Shown here: in pieces, positions 8,109-18,316 of the stretch
How positions within the stretch are numbered: the stretch's first letter is position 1
How the letters are laid out: the number at the start of each line of letters is the position of its first letter
Source of the DNA: Aneurinibacillus sp.
GTDB taxonomy: Bacteria; Bacillota; UBA5301; DYFA01
Assembly (NCBI GenBank): GCA_020725425.1
Contig: DYFA01000006.1
Location: forward strand, 15,500 to 79,499
Reading direction: 5' to 3'
Length of the DNA: 64,000 bases
Position numbers and translations under genes: made by a program
Notes under the pieces: generated by a model
Told to the model about the DNA's origin: nothing
Databases searched by the model: none
The model's input: only the letters and a program-made list of their open reading frames with translations

Positions 8109-9776
8109 CTATACTTCCATGATGATCGGCAGGATCATCGGCCGCCGCTTGGTCCGCTCGTAGAGGAACTGGCTCAGCGCTTCCCGGACACTGGCCTTGA
8201 TGCCGGCCCACTCGTTGACTGCCCCGGTGCAGTTCCGGGAGAGGCTCTCCCGCACCCGCTCCTTGGCCTCTTCGAGCAGCTTCTCGGCCTCGCGCATATA
8301 CACGAAGCCCCGGGTGACGATGTCCGGTCCAGCCACGACCTCGCCGGTCTGGGAGTTGATCGTCACGACCACGATCAGGATGCCGTCCTGGGAAAGCAGA
8401 CGGCGGTCCCGCAGGACGATGTTCCCGACGTCGCCCACCCCCAAACCGTCGACCAGGACCTGGCCGGCGGTGACCTTTCCGGCCCGCCGCGCCTCGCCGT
8501 TGCGGAACTCCAGGACGTCGCCGTTCTCCAGGACGAAGGCGTTCCCTTCGGGCACCCCGACGAAGCGCGCCAGCTGGGCGTGTTTCACGAGGTGGCGGTA
8601 CTCCCCGTGAACCGGCAGGAAGTACTTCGGCCGAGTGAGGTTGATCATCAGCTTCAACTCTTCCTGGCTGGCGTGGCCGGAGACGTGGACCCCCGAGAAA
8701 GCCTCGTGGATCACCTGGGCCCCCTGCTTGAAGAGGTAGTTGATCGTCCGGGCGACCAGCTTCTCGTTGCCGGGGATGGGGTTGGCGGAGATGATGACTG
8801 TGTCGCCTGGCCGGATCTCGACCCTGGGGTGCTCCGCCATGGCCATGCGCGTGAGCGCCGACATCGGTTCGCCCTGGGACCCCGTGGTGACGATCACCAT
8901 CTTCTCCGGGGGGTGCTCGTCCAGTTCATCAAGATCGACCAGCACTCCCTCGGGCACGGTCAGGTACCCCAGCTCCAGGGCGATCTGGACCACGTTGACC
9001 ATCGACCGTCCGGCCACGCAGACCTTCCGGTCGTACCTGGCAGCCGAGTCGATGATCTGCTGGATCCGATGCACGTTGGAGGCGAAGGTGGCCACGATGA
9101 TGCGGCCGGGAGCTGCCCGGAAGGTTTCGTCGAACTTCTGGCCCACCACCCGCTCCGACATCGTGTACCCCGGCCGCTCGACGTTGGTCGAGTCCGAGAT
9201 GAGCAGCAATACCCCGCGGTCGCCGTAGTCGGCGAACCGGTGGAAATCGGTGACTGCCCCGTCGATCGGCGTCTGGTCGAACTTGAAGTCGGCCGTGTGG
9301 ACGAGCGTGCCCAGGGGCGTCTGGATGGCCAGGGCCAACACGTCCGGGATAGAGTGGCTGACCCGCAGGAATTCGATATCGAAGACACCCACTTGGATCC
9401 GGTCGCCGTTTTTGACCACCCGCAGATCCGGCTTGAGGTGAGGGGAGACCTCCTCGAAGCGGCCCCGGGCCAACCCGAGGGCCAGCTTGGGCCCGTAGAC
9501 AGGCACGTCCAGCTCCCGGAGGATGTACGCCAGAGCGCCGATGTGATCCTCGTGGCCGTGAGTGATCAGGATCGCCCTGACCCGCTCCCGGTTTTCGCTC
9601 AGGTAGGAAATGTCCGGGATCACGTAGTCGATCCCGAGCATCTCGTCGTCGGGAAAGGCGAGGCCGGCGTCAACGACAATGATATCCGGGCCATACTCGA
9701 TGGCCATCATGTTCTTCCCGATCTCGCCCACCCCGCCCAGGGGGATCACGCGCAAGACCGGTCGGTTCTTCTTCAT
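8109..9776 (-). CDS. rnj: Ribonuclease J
   Basis: [67 protein letters not shown]. Confidence 0.97.
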   Translation of the reverse strand: MKKNRPVLRVIPLGGVGEIGKNMMAIEYGPDIIVVDAGLAFPDDEMLGIDYVIPDISYLSENRERVRAILITHGHEDHIGALAYILRELDVPVYGPKLALGLARGRFEEVSPHLKPDLRVVKNGDRIQVGVFDIEFLRVSHSIPDVLALAIQTPLGTLVHTADFKFDQTPIDGAVTDFHRFADYGDRGVLLLISDSTNVERPGYTMSERVVGQKFDETFRAAPGRIIVATFASNVHRIQQIIDSAARYDRKVCVAGRSMVNVVQIALELGYLTVPEGVLVDLDELDEHPPEKMVIVTTGSQGEPMSALTRMAMAEHPRVEIRPGDTVIISANPIPGNEKLVARTINYLFKQGAQVIHEAFSGVHVSGHASQEELKLMINLTRPKYFLPVHGEYRHLVKHAQLARFVGVPEGNAFVLENGDVLEFRNGEARRAGKVTAGQVLVDGLGVGDVGNIVLRDRRLLSQDGILIVVVTINSQTGEVVAGPDIVTRGFVYMREAEKLLEEAKERVRESLSRNCTGAVNEWAGIKASVREALSQFLYERTKRRPMILPIIMEV

Positions 9777-9803
9777 TAAGCTGTGGAACCTCCGTTCAAT
9801 CGT

Positions 9804-10691
9804 TCACCCGAGCAGTCCGAGCCTGGTCAGCTCGCCCCGGATGATTTCGGTTTCTTTCGGCCCGGCCTCGACCAGCGGCAGCCGCACGCCGCCCACCGGC
9901 CAGCCGACCGCCGCCAGCGCCGCCTTGAGCGGCACCGGGTTGGTGAGAATGAAGAGCGCCTTGAAGAGCGGGAGCAGCTTCAGGTGGAGAGTCGTCGCCT
10001 CCCGAACCCGGCCGGCCTGGAAGTGGTCGATCAGCTCGCCGATCTCCCGCCCGACCAGGTGCGAGGCGACGCTCACCACGCCGACCCCGCCCACCGAGAG
10101 AATCGGCAGAGTCAGGGCGTCGTCACCCGAATAGACGAGGAAGTCCGGCGGCACCCGGCGCCTCACCTCGGCGATCTGGGAGAGGTCGCCGCTGGCCTCC
10201 TTGACCGCCACGATGTTTTCGACTTCCGCCAGGCGGGCAATCGTCTCCGGCAGGCAGTTCACGGCGGTGCGACCGGGGATGTTGTAGATCATCACCGGCA
10301 GCTTGGTGCTCTTGGCGACCGTGGCGAAGTGCTGGTAGAGCCCCTCCTGCGAGGGCTTGTTGTAGTACGGATTGACCAGGAGGATTCCGTCCACCCCGGT
10401 CTTCTCCGCCTCCTGAGTGAAGGCGACGGACTCGGCGGTGTTGTAGGTTCCGGTGCCGGCGATCACCGCCGCCCGCCCCCCTACCCGCTCGACCACCGTC
10501 GAGAAGAGGCGGAGCTTCTCCTCCTTGGTCAAAGTCGGCGACTCCCCTGTGGTCCCGGCGACCACCAGCCCGTCGGAGCCGCTCTCGACCAGCTTCTCGG
10601 CGAGCCACCCCGCCCGGGCGAAGTCCACCTCGCCGCTCGGGGTGAAGGGCGTCACCATGGCGGTAATGACCCGTCCCCAGTTCAAATTCAT
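9804..10691 (-). CDS. dapA: 4-hydroxy-tetrahydrodipicolinate synthase
   Basis: [45 protein letters not shown]. Confidence 0.97.
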   Translation of the reverse strand: MNLNWGRVITAMVTPFTPSGEVDFARAGWLAEKLVESGSDGLVVAGTTGESPTLTKEEKLRLFSTVVERVGGRAAVIAGTGTYNTAESVAFTQEAEKTGVDGILLVNPYYNKPSQEGLYQHFATVAKSTKLPVMIYNIPGRTAVNCLPETIARLAEVENIVAVKEASGDLSQIAEVRRRVPPDFLVYSGDDALTLPILSVGGVGVVSVASHLVGREIGELIDHFQAGRVREATTLHLKLLPLFKALFILTNPVPLKAALAAVGWPVGGVRLPLVEAGPKETEIIRGELTRLGLLG

Positions 10692-11926
10692 GCTTGAACA
10701 CCTCCTGGAAGTTCATCAAGGCGGAATTCCCGGTGCAGGGCGGCCACCGCCCGCGGCAAGTCGGCCTCCGGCACCAGGCAGGAAATGTTGGTGTGGGAGT
10801 CGGCGGTCTGGTAGATCGGGATCCCTGCTCCCTTGAGGGCGGCCACCACCCGGGCCATGACCCCTGGTACGCCCCGCATGCCGGCACCGACCGCCGAGAC
10901 CTTGGCGAGGTTCGGCCGGGTCTCGACCGCCAAGCCTTCCCTCTCGAGGAGCGCCCCGGCCCGCGCCAGCTCCTCACCGGCCACCGCAAAGGAAACCAGG
11001 TCGGGCGAGACGTTGATCAGGTCGACGCTGATCCCCGCCCGGGCCAGCACGGCGAAGAGCTCCACCTGGCGGTCGGCCAGGTCCTGCCCGCCGGCACCGC
11101 GCACCCGCAACTGCCCCAGCGCCGGGACGTGAGCGATCCCGGTCACCACCCGGTCGCCCCGGATCTCCACCCCGGTCGGCGGCGAATCGGCGATCAGCGT
11201 GCCGGGAGCGTCGGACAGGGTGCTCTTGATCCGCAGCGGAACCCGGCCCGCCGCCGCGATCTCCACCGCTCGCGGGTGGATGACCTTCGCTCCCAGGTGC
11301 GCCATCTCCGCCACCTCCGCGTACGTCACCCGCTCGAGGAGGCGGGCCTCCGGCACGAGGCGCGGATCGGCGGTCATAACCCCCTCCACGTCGGTGAAGA
11401 TCTCCACCAACTCCGCCTGGAGTGCCACCCCCAGCGCCGCCGCCGTGGTGTCGCTCCCTCCGCGGCCGAGCGTCGTGATCTCCCCTTCCCGGGTGACCCC
11501 CTGGAAACCGGCGACCACCGCCACCCCGCCCTCGTTCAGAATCTCCAGCACCCGCGCGGGAACCACTTCGAGAATGCGGGCGTCCCCGAAGGCGCCGTCG
11601 GTCACGATCCCGGCTTGCGCCCCCGTCAGGGCCGTGGCCTTCACCCCCCGGCGGGCCAGGTGCGTCGCCACCAGCACCGCCGAGATGATCTCCCCGCAGG
11701 AAAGGAGAAGATCCCGGTCGCGCATGGCGACCGGGGCTTCATCCCCGTTCAGGAGAGCGAGCAGAGTGTCGGTGGCGTAGGGGTCTCCCGCCCGGCCCAT
11801 CGCCGAAACCACCACGGCCACCTGGAAGCCTTCCCGCCGGGCGGCCAGAATCCGCTCGACGACTGCCGCCCGCCGCTCCGGCGTCGCGAGCGAGGTTCCT
11901 CCGTACTTATGCACCAGTCTGCGCAC
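10688..11926 (-). CDS. dapG: Aspartate kinase I
   Basis: [47 protein letters not shown]-terminal ACT domains. Confidence 0.93.
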   Translation of the reverse strand: MRRLVHKYGGTSLATPERRAAVVERILAARREGFQVAVVVSAMGRAGDPYATDTLLALLNGDEAPVAMRDRDLLLSCGEIISAVLVATHLARRGVKATALTGAQAGIVTDGAFGDARILEVVPARVLEILNEGGVAVVAGFQGVTREGEITTLGRGGSDTTAAALGVALQAELVEIFTDVEGVMTADPRLVPEARLLERVTYAEVAEMAHLGAKVIHPRAVEIAAAGRVPLRIKSTLSDAPGTLIADSPPTGVEIRGDRVVTGIAHVPALGQLRVRGAGGQDLADRQVELFAVLARAGISVDLINVSPDLVSFAVAGEELARAGALLEREGLAVETRPNLAKVSAVGAGMRGVPGVMARVVAALKGAGIPIYQTADSHTNISCLVPEADLPRAVAALHREFRLDELPGGVQA

Positions 11927-11957
11927 ACCTGCCGCCTCTCTCCACCGGACGCCTTCT

Positions 11958-12980
11958 CTAAGCATCCAGCAACTCGGCGATCTGGATGGCGTTGAGGGCC
12001 GCCCCCTTCCGGATCTGGTCCCCGACCACCCACAGGTTCAAGCCGCAAGGAATGGTCGGATCCTCCCGCACCCGCCCCACGAAGACCTCGTCGCGCCCCG
12101 ACAGGTCGGCCGGCATCGGGTAGAGCATCTGCGCCGGGTCGTCCATCAGCGCCACCCCTGGCGCCTCGCTCAACAGCCGCTGTGCCTCCGCCACCGTCAG
12201 TTTCCGCTCGGTCTCGAGGTTGAGCGACTCCGAGTGGCAGCGGAAGACCGGCACCCGGACGGTGGTGGCGGTCACTCTGATCTCCGGGTCGTGCATGATT
12301 TTCTGCGTCTCGTGCACCATCTTCCACTCTTCCTTGGTATACCCCGCCTCGGCAAAGACGTCGATCTGCGGGATCAGGTTGAAGGCGATCTGGTAGTGGC
12401 GCGGCGCCTTGGCGTACGGCAGGACCTCCGGGGTGAACTCCCTCCCGTCCAGGATGGCCCGGCTCTGCGTCCGCAGGGCCTCGATCGCCCGGGCGCCGGC
12501 GCCCGAGACCGCCTGGTAGGTTGAGACCACGATCCGCCTCAGCCCCGCTGCACGGTGGAGCGGCCAGAGCGCCACACACATGATGATCGTGGAGCAGTTG
12601 GGGTTGGCGATAACCCCTTGGTGCCAGCGGAGGTCTTCCGGGTTGACCTCCGGCACGACCAGCGGAGTCTGGGGGTCCATCCGGAAGGCGCTCGTGTTGT
12701 CGATGCAGACGGCTCCCCTCTTGACGGCCTCCGGCACCAACTCCTGGCTGACGCTGCCGCCGGCCGAGAAAAAGGCGAGGTCGACCCCGCGGAAGCTCTC
12801 CGGCTGGGCCTCCTCCACCTTGACCCGCTCTCCCTGAAACTCCACTTCCTTCCCGGCCGACCGGCCTGAGGCCAGGACCTTCAATTCGGCGATCGGGAAC
12901 TTCCGTTCCTCCAGGATGCGAAGCAACTCCTGTCCTACTGCGCCGGTGGCGCCTACGACCGCTACTCGGTGTCCGCCCAA
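11958..12980 (-). CDS. asd: Aspartate-semialdehyde dehydrogenase
   Basis: VVGATGAVG, IANPNCSTI, STYQAVSGAG, RVPVFRCHSE, DQIRKGAALNAIQIAE. Confidence 0.97.
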   Translation of the reverse strand: MGGHRVAVVGATGAVGQELLRILEERKFPIAELKVLASGRSAGKEVEFQGERVKVEEAQPESFRGVDLAFFSAGGSVSQELVPEAVKRGAVCIDNTSAFRMDPQTPLVVPEVNPEDLRWHQGVIANPNCSTIIMCVALWPLHRAAGLRRIVVSTYQAVSGAGARAIEALRTQSRAILDGREFTPEVLPYAKAPRHYQIAFNLIPQIDVFAEAGYTKEEWKMVHETQKIMHDPEIRVTATTVRVPVFRCHSESLNLETERKLTVAEAQRLLSEAPGVALMDDPAQMLYPMPADLSGRDEVFVGRVREDPTIPCGLNLWVVGDQIRKGAALNAIQIAELLDA

Positions 12981-13011
12981 GCTGTCTCCCCCTTGCCGTC
13001 TCTTTCCGTGG

Positions 13012-13644
13012 TTATTTCCCTAGGTCGCGGGTCATTCCCTCTCGCTGTCCGCCGGCTGCCGGCGGGCCGAGCAGAACCGGCTGGAGTTGGCGGCCCTCCA
13101 GCGCCGCCTCAATCGTGTCCGGCAGCAGTTCATCCCGGGAGACCAGCGAGTTGCGCTTCTCGAACGGCGCGTCCTGGCCGAACGGGACGAAGTAGACGTT
13201 CTTGGCGTTCAAGAGCAGACCAAGATTCTTGGCGTTCAGGCCCAGCCCGTCGTTGGTCGACAGGGCGATCACCACCGGCCGCCCGTTGCGCAGGTGGGCT
13301 TTGGCGGCCATCAGCACCGGCCCGTCGGTGATCCCGTTGGCCAGCTTGGCCAGGGTGTTGCCGGTGCACGGCGCGATGACCAACACGTCCAGCAGGCGCC
13401 CCGGGCCGATCGGCTCAACCTCCGGGACCGTCTCCAGCGGGCGCTTGCCTGTGAGCTGAAAGAGCTTCTCCCGCCACTCGTCGGGGGTGCCGAAGCGGGT
13501 GGTCTCGCGGGCCACCGCGGGCGAGAGGATCGGGATCACATCCGCTCCAGCCTCCACCAGCCGGCCCACCTGCTTCAACACTCCTCCCAGCGTGCAGTGG
13601 GACCCGGTCAACGCCAAACCGATCCGCTTACCGGCCAGGCCCAT
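13012..13644 (-). CDS. dpaB: Dipicolinate synthase subunit B (SpoVFB)
   Basis: ALTGSHCT, TRFG, EPIGP, APCTGNTLAKLANGITD, AAKAHLRN, FVPFGQD. Confidence 0.95.
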   Translation of the reverse strand: MGLAGKRIGLALTGSHCTLGGVLKQVGRLVEAGADVIPILSPAVARETTRFGTPDEWREKLFQLTGKRPLETVPEVEPIGPGRLLDVLVIAPCTGNTLAKLANGITDGPVLMAAKAHLRNGRPVVIALSTNDGLGLNAKNLGLLLNAKNVYFVPFGQDAPFEKRNSLVSRDELLPDTIEAALEGRQLQPVLLGPPAAGGQREGMTRDLGK

Positions 13645-14554
13645 CGTCCTCACCGCCCCCTCTTTCGTCGCTCAAGAGCTGCGCGATGAGGCTGGGCACG
13701 GTGCGGGCCAGTATCTCCCCGGCCGTCTGCGGCGCCACCTTCCCCGGCAGACCGGGAGCCAGAATCGCCTTGATCCCCAGCTCGGCGGCGGCGGCGAAGT
13801 CGGTCCCCCCCGGCGGGGAAGCGAGGTCGATGATGAGGGAGCCGCGGGGCATCGCCGCCAGCACGGGCCGGGTCAGAACCAGGGCGGGAACGGTGTTGAA
13901 GACGCAATCGGCCTCAGCGATCCACTGCCCCAGCTCGGCAAAGGGCCGGGGGATGAGCCCCATCTCCTCCGCCCGGGCCAACTGGGCCGGATCGCGGGCG
14001 AAGACCACCGTGCGGGCGCCCAGCGCCCGGAGGTCCCGGCCGAGCGTCACCCCGCACCGTCCGAAGCCCAGGACGTAGCAGGTGCTGCCGTGGATGGTGA
14101 TGGGGAGCTCCTGGAAGGCCAGCAACAGGGCACCTTCCGCGGTGGGAATGGAGTTCAGAATGGCGATGTCATCCTGTTCTCCCAGTTCCACCACCCGCAA
14201 GCCCAGCTTCTGGGCCACCTCCCGCACGCAGGGCCGGGCGTAGCCGATCAAGAGCGGCGTCCCCGGGCGAACCCGGCTCAGGCCGGCCTCGTCCAGACGG
14301 AGTTCGAGTCCGGGCTGGAGCACCGACCGCAGGCGGCCCTCGTCGTCGGTGTTGGACATCGGCGCGATGACGACCTGCGCCGTCTCCACCGCCTGGGCGA
14401 CCGTCTCCACTCGGGTGACGCCCGCAAGCTCCGGCAGGTCAGGATAGCCGACTGCCGCGACGCGGGCCCCCTCCCGCACCAAGGCCGCGCACAGGACGGC
14501 CTCCCGCCGGTCACCGCCGACCACGCCGACCGCAACCCCTGCCAGCCTCGCCAC
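13628..14554 (-). CDS. dpaA: Dipicolinate synthase subunit A (SpoVFA)
   Basis: GGDRRE, IAILNSIPTAEGA, ITIHGS, IDLASPPGGTDF, PGLPGKVAPQTAG. Confidence 0.95.
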   Translation of the reverse strand: MARLAGVAVGVVGGDRREAVLCAALVREGARVAAVGYPDLPELAGVTRVETVAQAVETAQVVIAPMSNTDDEGRLRSVLQPGLELRLDEAGLSRVRPGTPLLIGYARPCVREVAQKLGLRVVELGEQDDIAILNSIPTAEGALLLAFQELPITIHGSTCYVLGFGRCGVTLGRDLRALGARTVVFARDPAQLARAEEMGLIPRPFAELGQWIAEADCVFNTVPALVLTRPVLAAMPRGSLIIDLASPPGGTDFAAAAELGIKAILAPGLPGKVAPQTAGEILARTVPSLIAQLLSDERGGGEDDGPGR

Positions 14555-14591
14555 CGTTCCTCACCCGCCGGTCCTACCTCAACGCTAAGGC

Positions 14592-14619
14592 ATGATATGT
14601 TCGGGCTGGGAGGAGGTGC
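14592..14619 (-). promoter_or_regulatory. SigK-type promoter for dpaAB
   Basis: GCACC...: AC-N16-CATATCAT, matching SigK consensus AC-N16/17-CATAnnnT; spoVF is SigK-dependent in Bacillus subtilis. Confidence 0.7.
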
Positions 14620-14653
14620 CTGTCCGCGGCGGCTCCGGGCCCGGAGCGACCGG

Positions 14654-15481
14654 CTAGGGTTCCTCGCCGAAGATGAGCTTGTCCAGGCCGTAGACCAGCC
14701 CCGAAAGGCCGGTCACCGCCCGGATCGCCAAGAGAACCCCAGGCATGAACGACTCCCGCGACAACGAATCGTGGCGCAAGGTGAAGACTTCCCCCGCATT
14801 GCCGAAGAGTACCTCCTGGTGGGCCACCAACCCCGGCAGACGGACGCTGTGCACCCTCACTCCGGCGCATTCGCCTCCCCGGACTCCCGCCACCCGCTCG
14901 CTCTCGGCGCCCGGCGTAGCCATTGGAGTCGCCGACGCCTTCCTCCGCGCCGCGGCGATGACGTCGGCCGTCTTGAGGGCGGTGCCCGACGGGGCGTCCA
15001 CCTTGCCGGCATGGTGCAGTTCGATGATCTCCGCCTGGGCGAAATAGCGGGCCGCCAGACCGGCGCAGCGCATCAAGACTAGAGCGCCGATGGCGAAGTT
15101 GGGGGCGATCAGACAACCCAGCCGCTTCTCGGCCGCCAGGGACGCCACCTGGTCGATCTCCGACTGGGAAAGCCCGGTGGTCCCGACCACAGGCCGGACG
15201 CCGTGCCGTAAGGCCGCCGCAATCCGGGCCAGCAGCCCCTCGGGCCGGGTGAAATCCACCATCACCTGCGGGCGGACCGCCGCCAGCGCCTCCTCGAGGT
15301 CGTCCCGGAGCGGAATCTCGATCTTCCCGAGGCCCGCCACCTCCCCGGCGTCCTCGCCGGTCCTCCCTTGATCCACCGCCGCCACCAGCTCCAGGTCAGG
15401 GGCCCCGGCGACCGCCTTGACCACCTCCCGGCCCATCTTGCCGGCCGCCCCGACCACCATCACTGTTATGGGTGCCGCCAC
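14654..15481 (-). CDS. dapB: 4-hydroxy-tetrahydrodipicolinate reductase
   Basis: VVGAAGKMG, VDFT, VGTTG, APNFAIG, EIIELHHAGKVDAPSGTA, HSVRLPG; GTG start at 15481. Confidence 0.96.
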   Translation of the reverse strand: MAAPITVMVVGAAGKMGREVVKAVAGAPDLELVAAVDQGRTGEDAGEVAGLGKIEIPLRDDLEEALAAVRPQVMVDFTRPEGLLARIAAALRHGVRPVVGTTGLSQSEIDQVASLAAEKRLGCLIAPNFAIGALVLMRCAGLAARYFAQAEIIELHHAGKVDAPSGTALKTADVIAAARRKASATPMATPGAESERVAGVRGGECAGVRVHSVRLPGLVAHQEVLFGNAGEVFTLRHDSLSRESFMPGVLLAIRAVTGLSGLVYGLDKLIFGEEP

Positions 15482-15535
15482 TCCTGCTCCCTCCTGGAAA
15501 GGCCCGGCGCCTTCCGCCGGCCCCTGGTTGCATCC

Positions 15536-15564
15536 ATTGTCGTACAGCAGGGAGGCCTTGTCAA
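15536..15564 (-). promoter_or_regulatory. SigA promoter for dapB
   Basis: TTGACA-N17-GACAAT. Confidence 0.55.
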
Positions 15565-15566
15565 GC

Positions 15567-15595
15567 GCAGCGACGCGAAATGCAGCGACGCGAAA
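15567..15595. repeat. 14-bp direct repeat, two copies (GCAGCGACGCGAAA)
   Basis: Exact copies at 15567-15580 and 15582-15595. Confidence 0.85.
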
Positions 15596-15624
15596 CGGGG
15601 AAGAGGCCTCCCTCTTCCCCGTTT
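15593..15624. terminator. Intrinsic terminator-like hairpin
   Basis: AAACGGGGAAGAGG-CCTC-CCTCTTCCCCGTTT, 14-bp stem directly after the 15639 stop. Confidence 0.7.
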
Positions 15625-15638
15625 TACGCTCCTCGCTC

Positions 15639-16118
15639 CTAATGAACCTCGACTTCCTGGGCTCCGTTCTGTCGCAGGAGCTCGGCCGCCCGGTCCACCT
15701 TGGCTGAACCCGTCTTGACCAGAGCAAGCACCTTGCCCCGCTTGACCTCGTCGGCGAAGTACCGCCCCCGGCTCTCCGGGATGCCCCAGTCCACGAGGCC
15801 TCCGGCCAGCCCGCCGGCTACCGCTCCCGACAGGCCGGCGGCGATCGGCCCGGCAGCCACGATCGGCCCCAGCCCGGGGATCGCCAGGGCGCCGACCCCC
15901 GCCAGCAGGCCGGCGATTCCCCCCAGGGTTCCTCCGGTGGCTGCGCCGGTTGTCAGGTCCTGCCCCATCGTGAGCCCGCCTTCTTGCTGTTCCTCCGCCC
16001 CCTCTTCGCCCCTCGCCACCACGCTGATCTCGTTGGTAGTGAAGCCGTTGTCCCGCAGAGTCCGGACCGCCTTCTCCGCCCGGCTCTCCTCCGAGAACAC
16101 CCCGATCACCGTAGCCAT
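15639..16118 (-). CDS. General stress protein 17M/YflT-like membrane protein with Gly-zipper
   Basis: VIGVFSEESRAEKAVRTL...ISVVAR; GGTLGGIAGLLAGVGALAIPGLGPIVAAGP; GLVDWGIPE. Confidence 0.75.
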   Translation of the reverse strand: MATVIGVFSEESRAEKAVRTLRDNGFTTNEISVVARGEEGAEEQQEGGLTMGQDLTTGAATGGTLGGIAGLLAGVGALAIPGLGPIVAAGPIAAGLSGAVAGGLAGGLVDWGIPESRGRYFADEVKRGKVLALVKTGSAKVDRAAELLRQNGAQEVEVH

Positions 16119-16150
16119 CGTCATCCTCCTAACCAGGTGAATTTCGACGC

Positions 16151-16179
16151 TAGCTTTTCCCGGTGAACAGAGGATATGC
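16151..16179 (-). promoter_or_regulatory. SigF/SigG-like promoter
   Basis: GCATA-N14-GGAAAAGCTA, near GYATA-N15-GGnnAnAnTA. Confidence 0.4.
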
Positions 16180-16189
16180 CCAGCCGACG

Positions 16190-16375
16190 TCAGCTGGCCG
16201 CCGTTTTCTCCTGCAACCGCAGGAACTCTGCGATCAGTTGGTCAAGCTTGTAGCTGACCTGAATGGCTTCGTCACCCCGGAGTCCCCCGTCGCCCTCCTC
16301 GGCCAGGTCGTTCAGCCGCTGGCGCAGGGTCTGTATCTCCACCATCAGGTTTTCCATCCGCGCTTCCAACCGCAC
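16190..16375 (-). CDS. Spo0E-like aspartyl-phosphate phosphatase
   Basis: 61 aa, EIQTLRQRLNDLA...AIQVSYKLDQLIAEF; SYKLD is a variant of the Spo0E SQELD signature; purine-rich SD upstream. Confidence 0.7.
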   Translation of the reverse strand: MRLEARMENLMVEIQTLRQRLNDLAEEGDGGLRGDEAIQVSYKLDQLIAEFLRLQEKTAAS

Positions 16376-16410
16376 GTTCTCCCTCTTCTCCGCCGCTCAG
16401 ACTTCCGCCG

Positions 16411-16857
16411 TCACTCGCCGGTGTGGCCGAAACCACCTTCCCCACGCGCGGTGGGGTCCAGCTCCCGCACCTCCTCCCACTCCGCTTGTTCCACCCGGAC
16501 CACGACCAGCTGGGCGATCCGCTCCCCCCGCTGTACGGTAAAGGGTTGGTCCCCCAGGTTGACCAGGATGACCGCCACCTCCCCGCGGTAATCCGCATCG
16601 ATCGTCCCGGGGCTGTTCAGGCAAGTCACTCCGTGGCGCAGGGCCAGCCCGGAACGAGGTCTCACCTGGCCCTCGTACCCCGGAGGAAGGGCCAGCCGCA
16701 ACCCCGTCGGAATCAGACACCGCTCCCCCGGGGCCAGGGTGACTGGCTTGCGGACCGCTGCCATGAGGTCCATCCCGCTCGCCCCGGGGCTCATGTACTG
16801 CGGTAACGGCAGCCCCTCAGCGTGAGGGAGCCGCTCCACCCGCAGGCGCACCTTCAC
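16411..16857 (-). CDS. dut: dUTP diphosphatase
   Basis: [41 protein letters not shown]. Confidence 0.97.
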   Translation of the reverse strand: MKVRLRVERLPHAEGLPLPQYMSPGASGMDLMAAVRKPVTLAPGERCLIPTGLRLALPPGYEGQVRPRSGLALRHGVTCLNSPGTIDADYRGEVAVILVNLGDQPFTVQRGERIAQLVVVRVEQAEWEEVRELDPTARGEGGFGHTGE

Positions 16858-18103
16858 TGCCCTCGGCTCCTTTCGCTCCCGGCCCCCAGGGGCCGATCGC
16901 CGCCAACGCCACCCTCGGTTCGGCCAGCAGTTCCGCCGCCAGTGCGTTGACGTCTGCCGCGGTCACTGCGTCCACCTTGGCCACCAGCTCGTCCGGGGTG
17001 TCGTACCGCTCATCGAAGAGCTCGGACTTGGCGATCCGGCTCATCCGGCTGGCGGTGGACTCCAACGACAACACCAGGCTCCCCTTGAGCTGCTCTTTGG
17101 CCCGGCGCAACTCCTCCGCCCCCACCCCTTCCGCCGCCAGACGGGCGAATTCCCTCTTCACCAGGTCCACCACCTCGTCGGCGTTGTGTGGGCTCATACC
17201 GGCGTAAATCGCAAAGAGTCCCGTCTCCCGATAACAGACGTGGTAGGAGTAAGTCGAGTAGACCAAGCCCCGCTCCTCCCGCAACTCCTGGAAGAGCCGG
17301 GAGCTCATCCCTCCGCCCAGGATCACATCCAGCGTGAACAAGGCGTACTTGCGGGGGTCGCCGCGCTTGAGGCCCTCCACCCCGAGACACAGGTGGACCT
17401 GTTCGGTCTCCTTGGCGCGGAGCACCGGTTTGGGGCTGGCCGCCGGCGCCGGCGCCTCCTCCGCAGTACGCCGTCCCCGGAAGTCCCGGAAGTGACACTC
17501 CACCTCCGCCACCACCGCCGCGTGCTCCGCGTGGCCGGCCGCCGCCACCACCAGGTTGTCCGGCGTGTAATGTCGCTCCAGGTGGGTCAGGAGATCCTCC
17601 CGGGTGAACCGGGAGACCGTCTCCGCCGTGCCGAGAATGGTCCGCCCCAGCGGGTGTCCGCCGAGGATGGCCTGGGTGAAGAGATCGTGGACCATCTCGT
17701 CCGGCGAATCCTCGTACATCTTAATTTCTTCCTGGACTACGCCCTTCTCCTTCTCCAGGTCTTCCGGGGCGAACCGGGAATGCAGCACCATGTCGGCGAG
17801 GACCTCGGTGGCCATCGGCAGGTGCCTGTCCAGCACGCGGGCGTAGTAACAGGTGTACTCCTTGCTGGTGTAGGCGTTGAGCTGGCCTCCGGTAGCGTCG
17901 AACTCTTCGGCGATCTGACGGGCGCTGCGCTTAGCCGTGCCCTTGAACATCAGGTGCTCGATCAGGTGAGACAGGCCGCTGGTCCCGGCGTCCTCGTGGC
18001 GGGCGCCGACCCCGAACCAAAATCCCAGGGCCACAGAGCGCACGTGGGGAAGGTGCTCCGTCACCACCCGGATGCCGTTATCCAGCGTAGTCTTCTGATA
18101 CAC
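16817..18103 (-). CDS. M16 family zinc peptidase (MlpA/YmxG-like)
   Basis: [11 protein letters not shown] (HxxEH), [32 protein letters not shown]; GTG start at 18103 with SD GAGGAG. Confidence 0.92.
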   Translation of the reverse strand: MYQKTTLDNGIRVVTEHLPHVRSVALGFWFGVGARHEDAGTSGLSHLIEHLMFKGTAKRSARQIAEEFDATGGQLNAYTSKEYTCYYARVLDRHLPMATEVLADMVLHSRFAPEDLEKEKGVVQEEIKMYEDSPDEMVHDLFTQAILGGHPLGRTILGTAETVSRFTREDLLTHLERHYTPDNLVVAAAGHAEHAAVVAEVECHFRDFRGRRTAEEAPAPAASPKPVLRAKETEQVHLCLGVEGLKRGDPRKYALFTLDVILGGGMSSRLFQELREERGLVYSTYSYHVCYRETGLFAIYAGMSPHNADEVVDLVKREFARLAAEGVGAEELRRAKEQLKGSLVLSLESTASRMSRIAKSELFDERYDTPDELVAKVDAVTAADVNALAAELLAEPRVALAAIGPWGPGAKGAEGSEGAPAGGAAPSR

Positions 18104-18242
18104 CAGCCGTCTCCTCACTTCCGCGGGAGGGGGCAAACACCCATAATTTCCCCGTCCCCGCCTCAACTCCTTTGGAAATTTGCACCCCGCTCGTCGCCTT
18201 TTCCCTAAAGGAGCGAACGGAGTTGCGCCGAACCAAGTGTGT

Positions 18243-18255
18243 TGACATAATGTCA
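18243..18255. promoter_or_regulatory. Palindrome TGACAT-A-ATGTCA in the divergent promoter region
   Basis: Perfect 6-bp inverted repeat overlapping TTGACA (18242-18247) and CATAATGT. Confidence 0.4.
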
Positions 18256-18316
18256 TTAGGGTTTACCTGACCCGTCCCTCTCGGTTCACCGGGCGCGACG
18301 AGAAAGGAGTTACACT

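Noticed and set aside
16817-16857. Unusually long gene overlaps (M16 peptidase/dut 41 bp; also xseA/xseB, aroC/aroKB, dpaA/dpaB) as possible frameshifts or recoding
   Set aside because: The core domains are complete. The overlaps come from short low-complexity C-terminal extensions, common when stop codons are rare in high-GC genomes.
18104-18316. c-di-GMP or c-di-AMP riboswitch upstream of the GH18 hydrolase
   Set aside because: Only a stray GGCAAAC is present. The GAAA tetraloop/receptor and the ydaO conserved blocks are missing.
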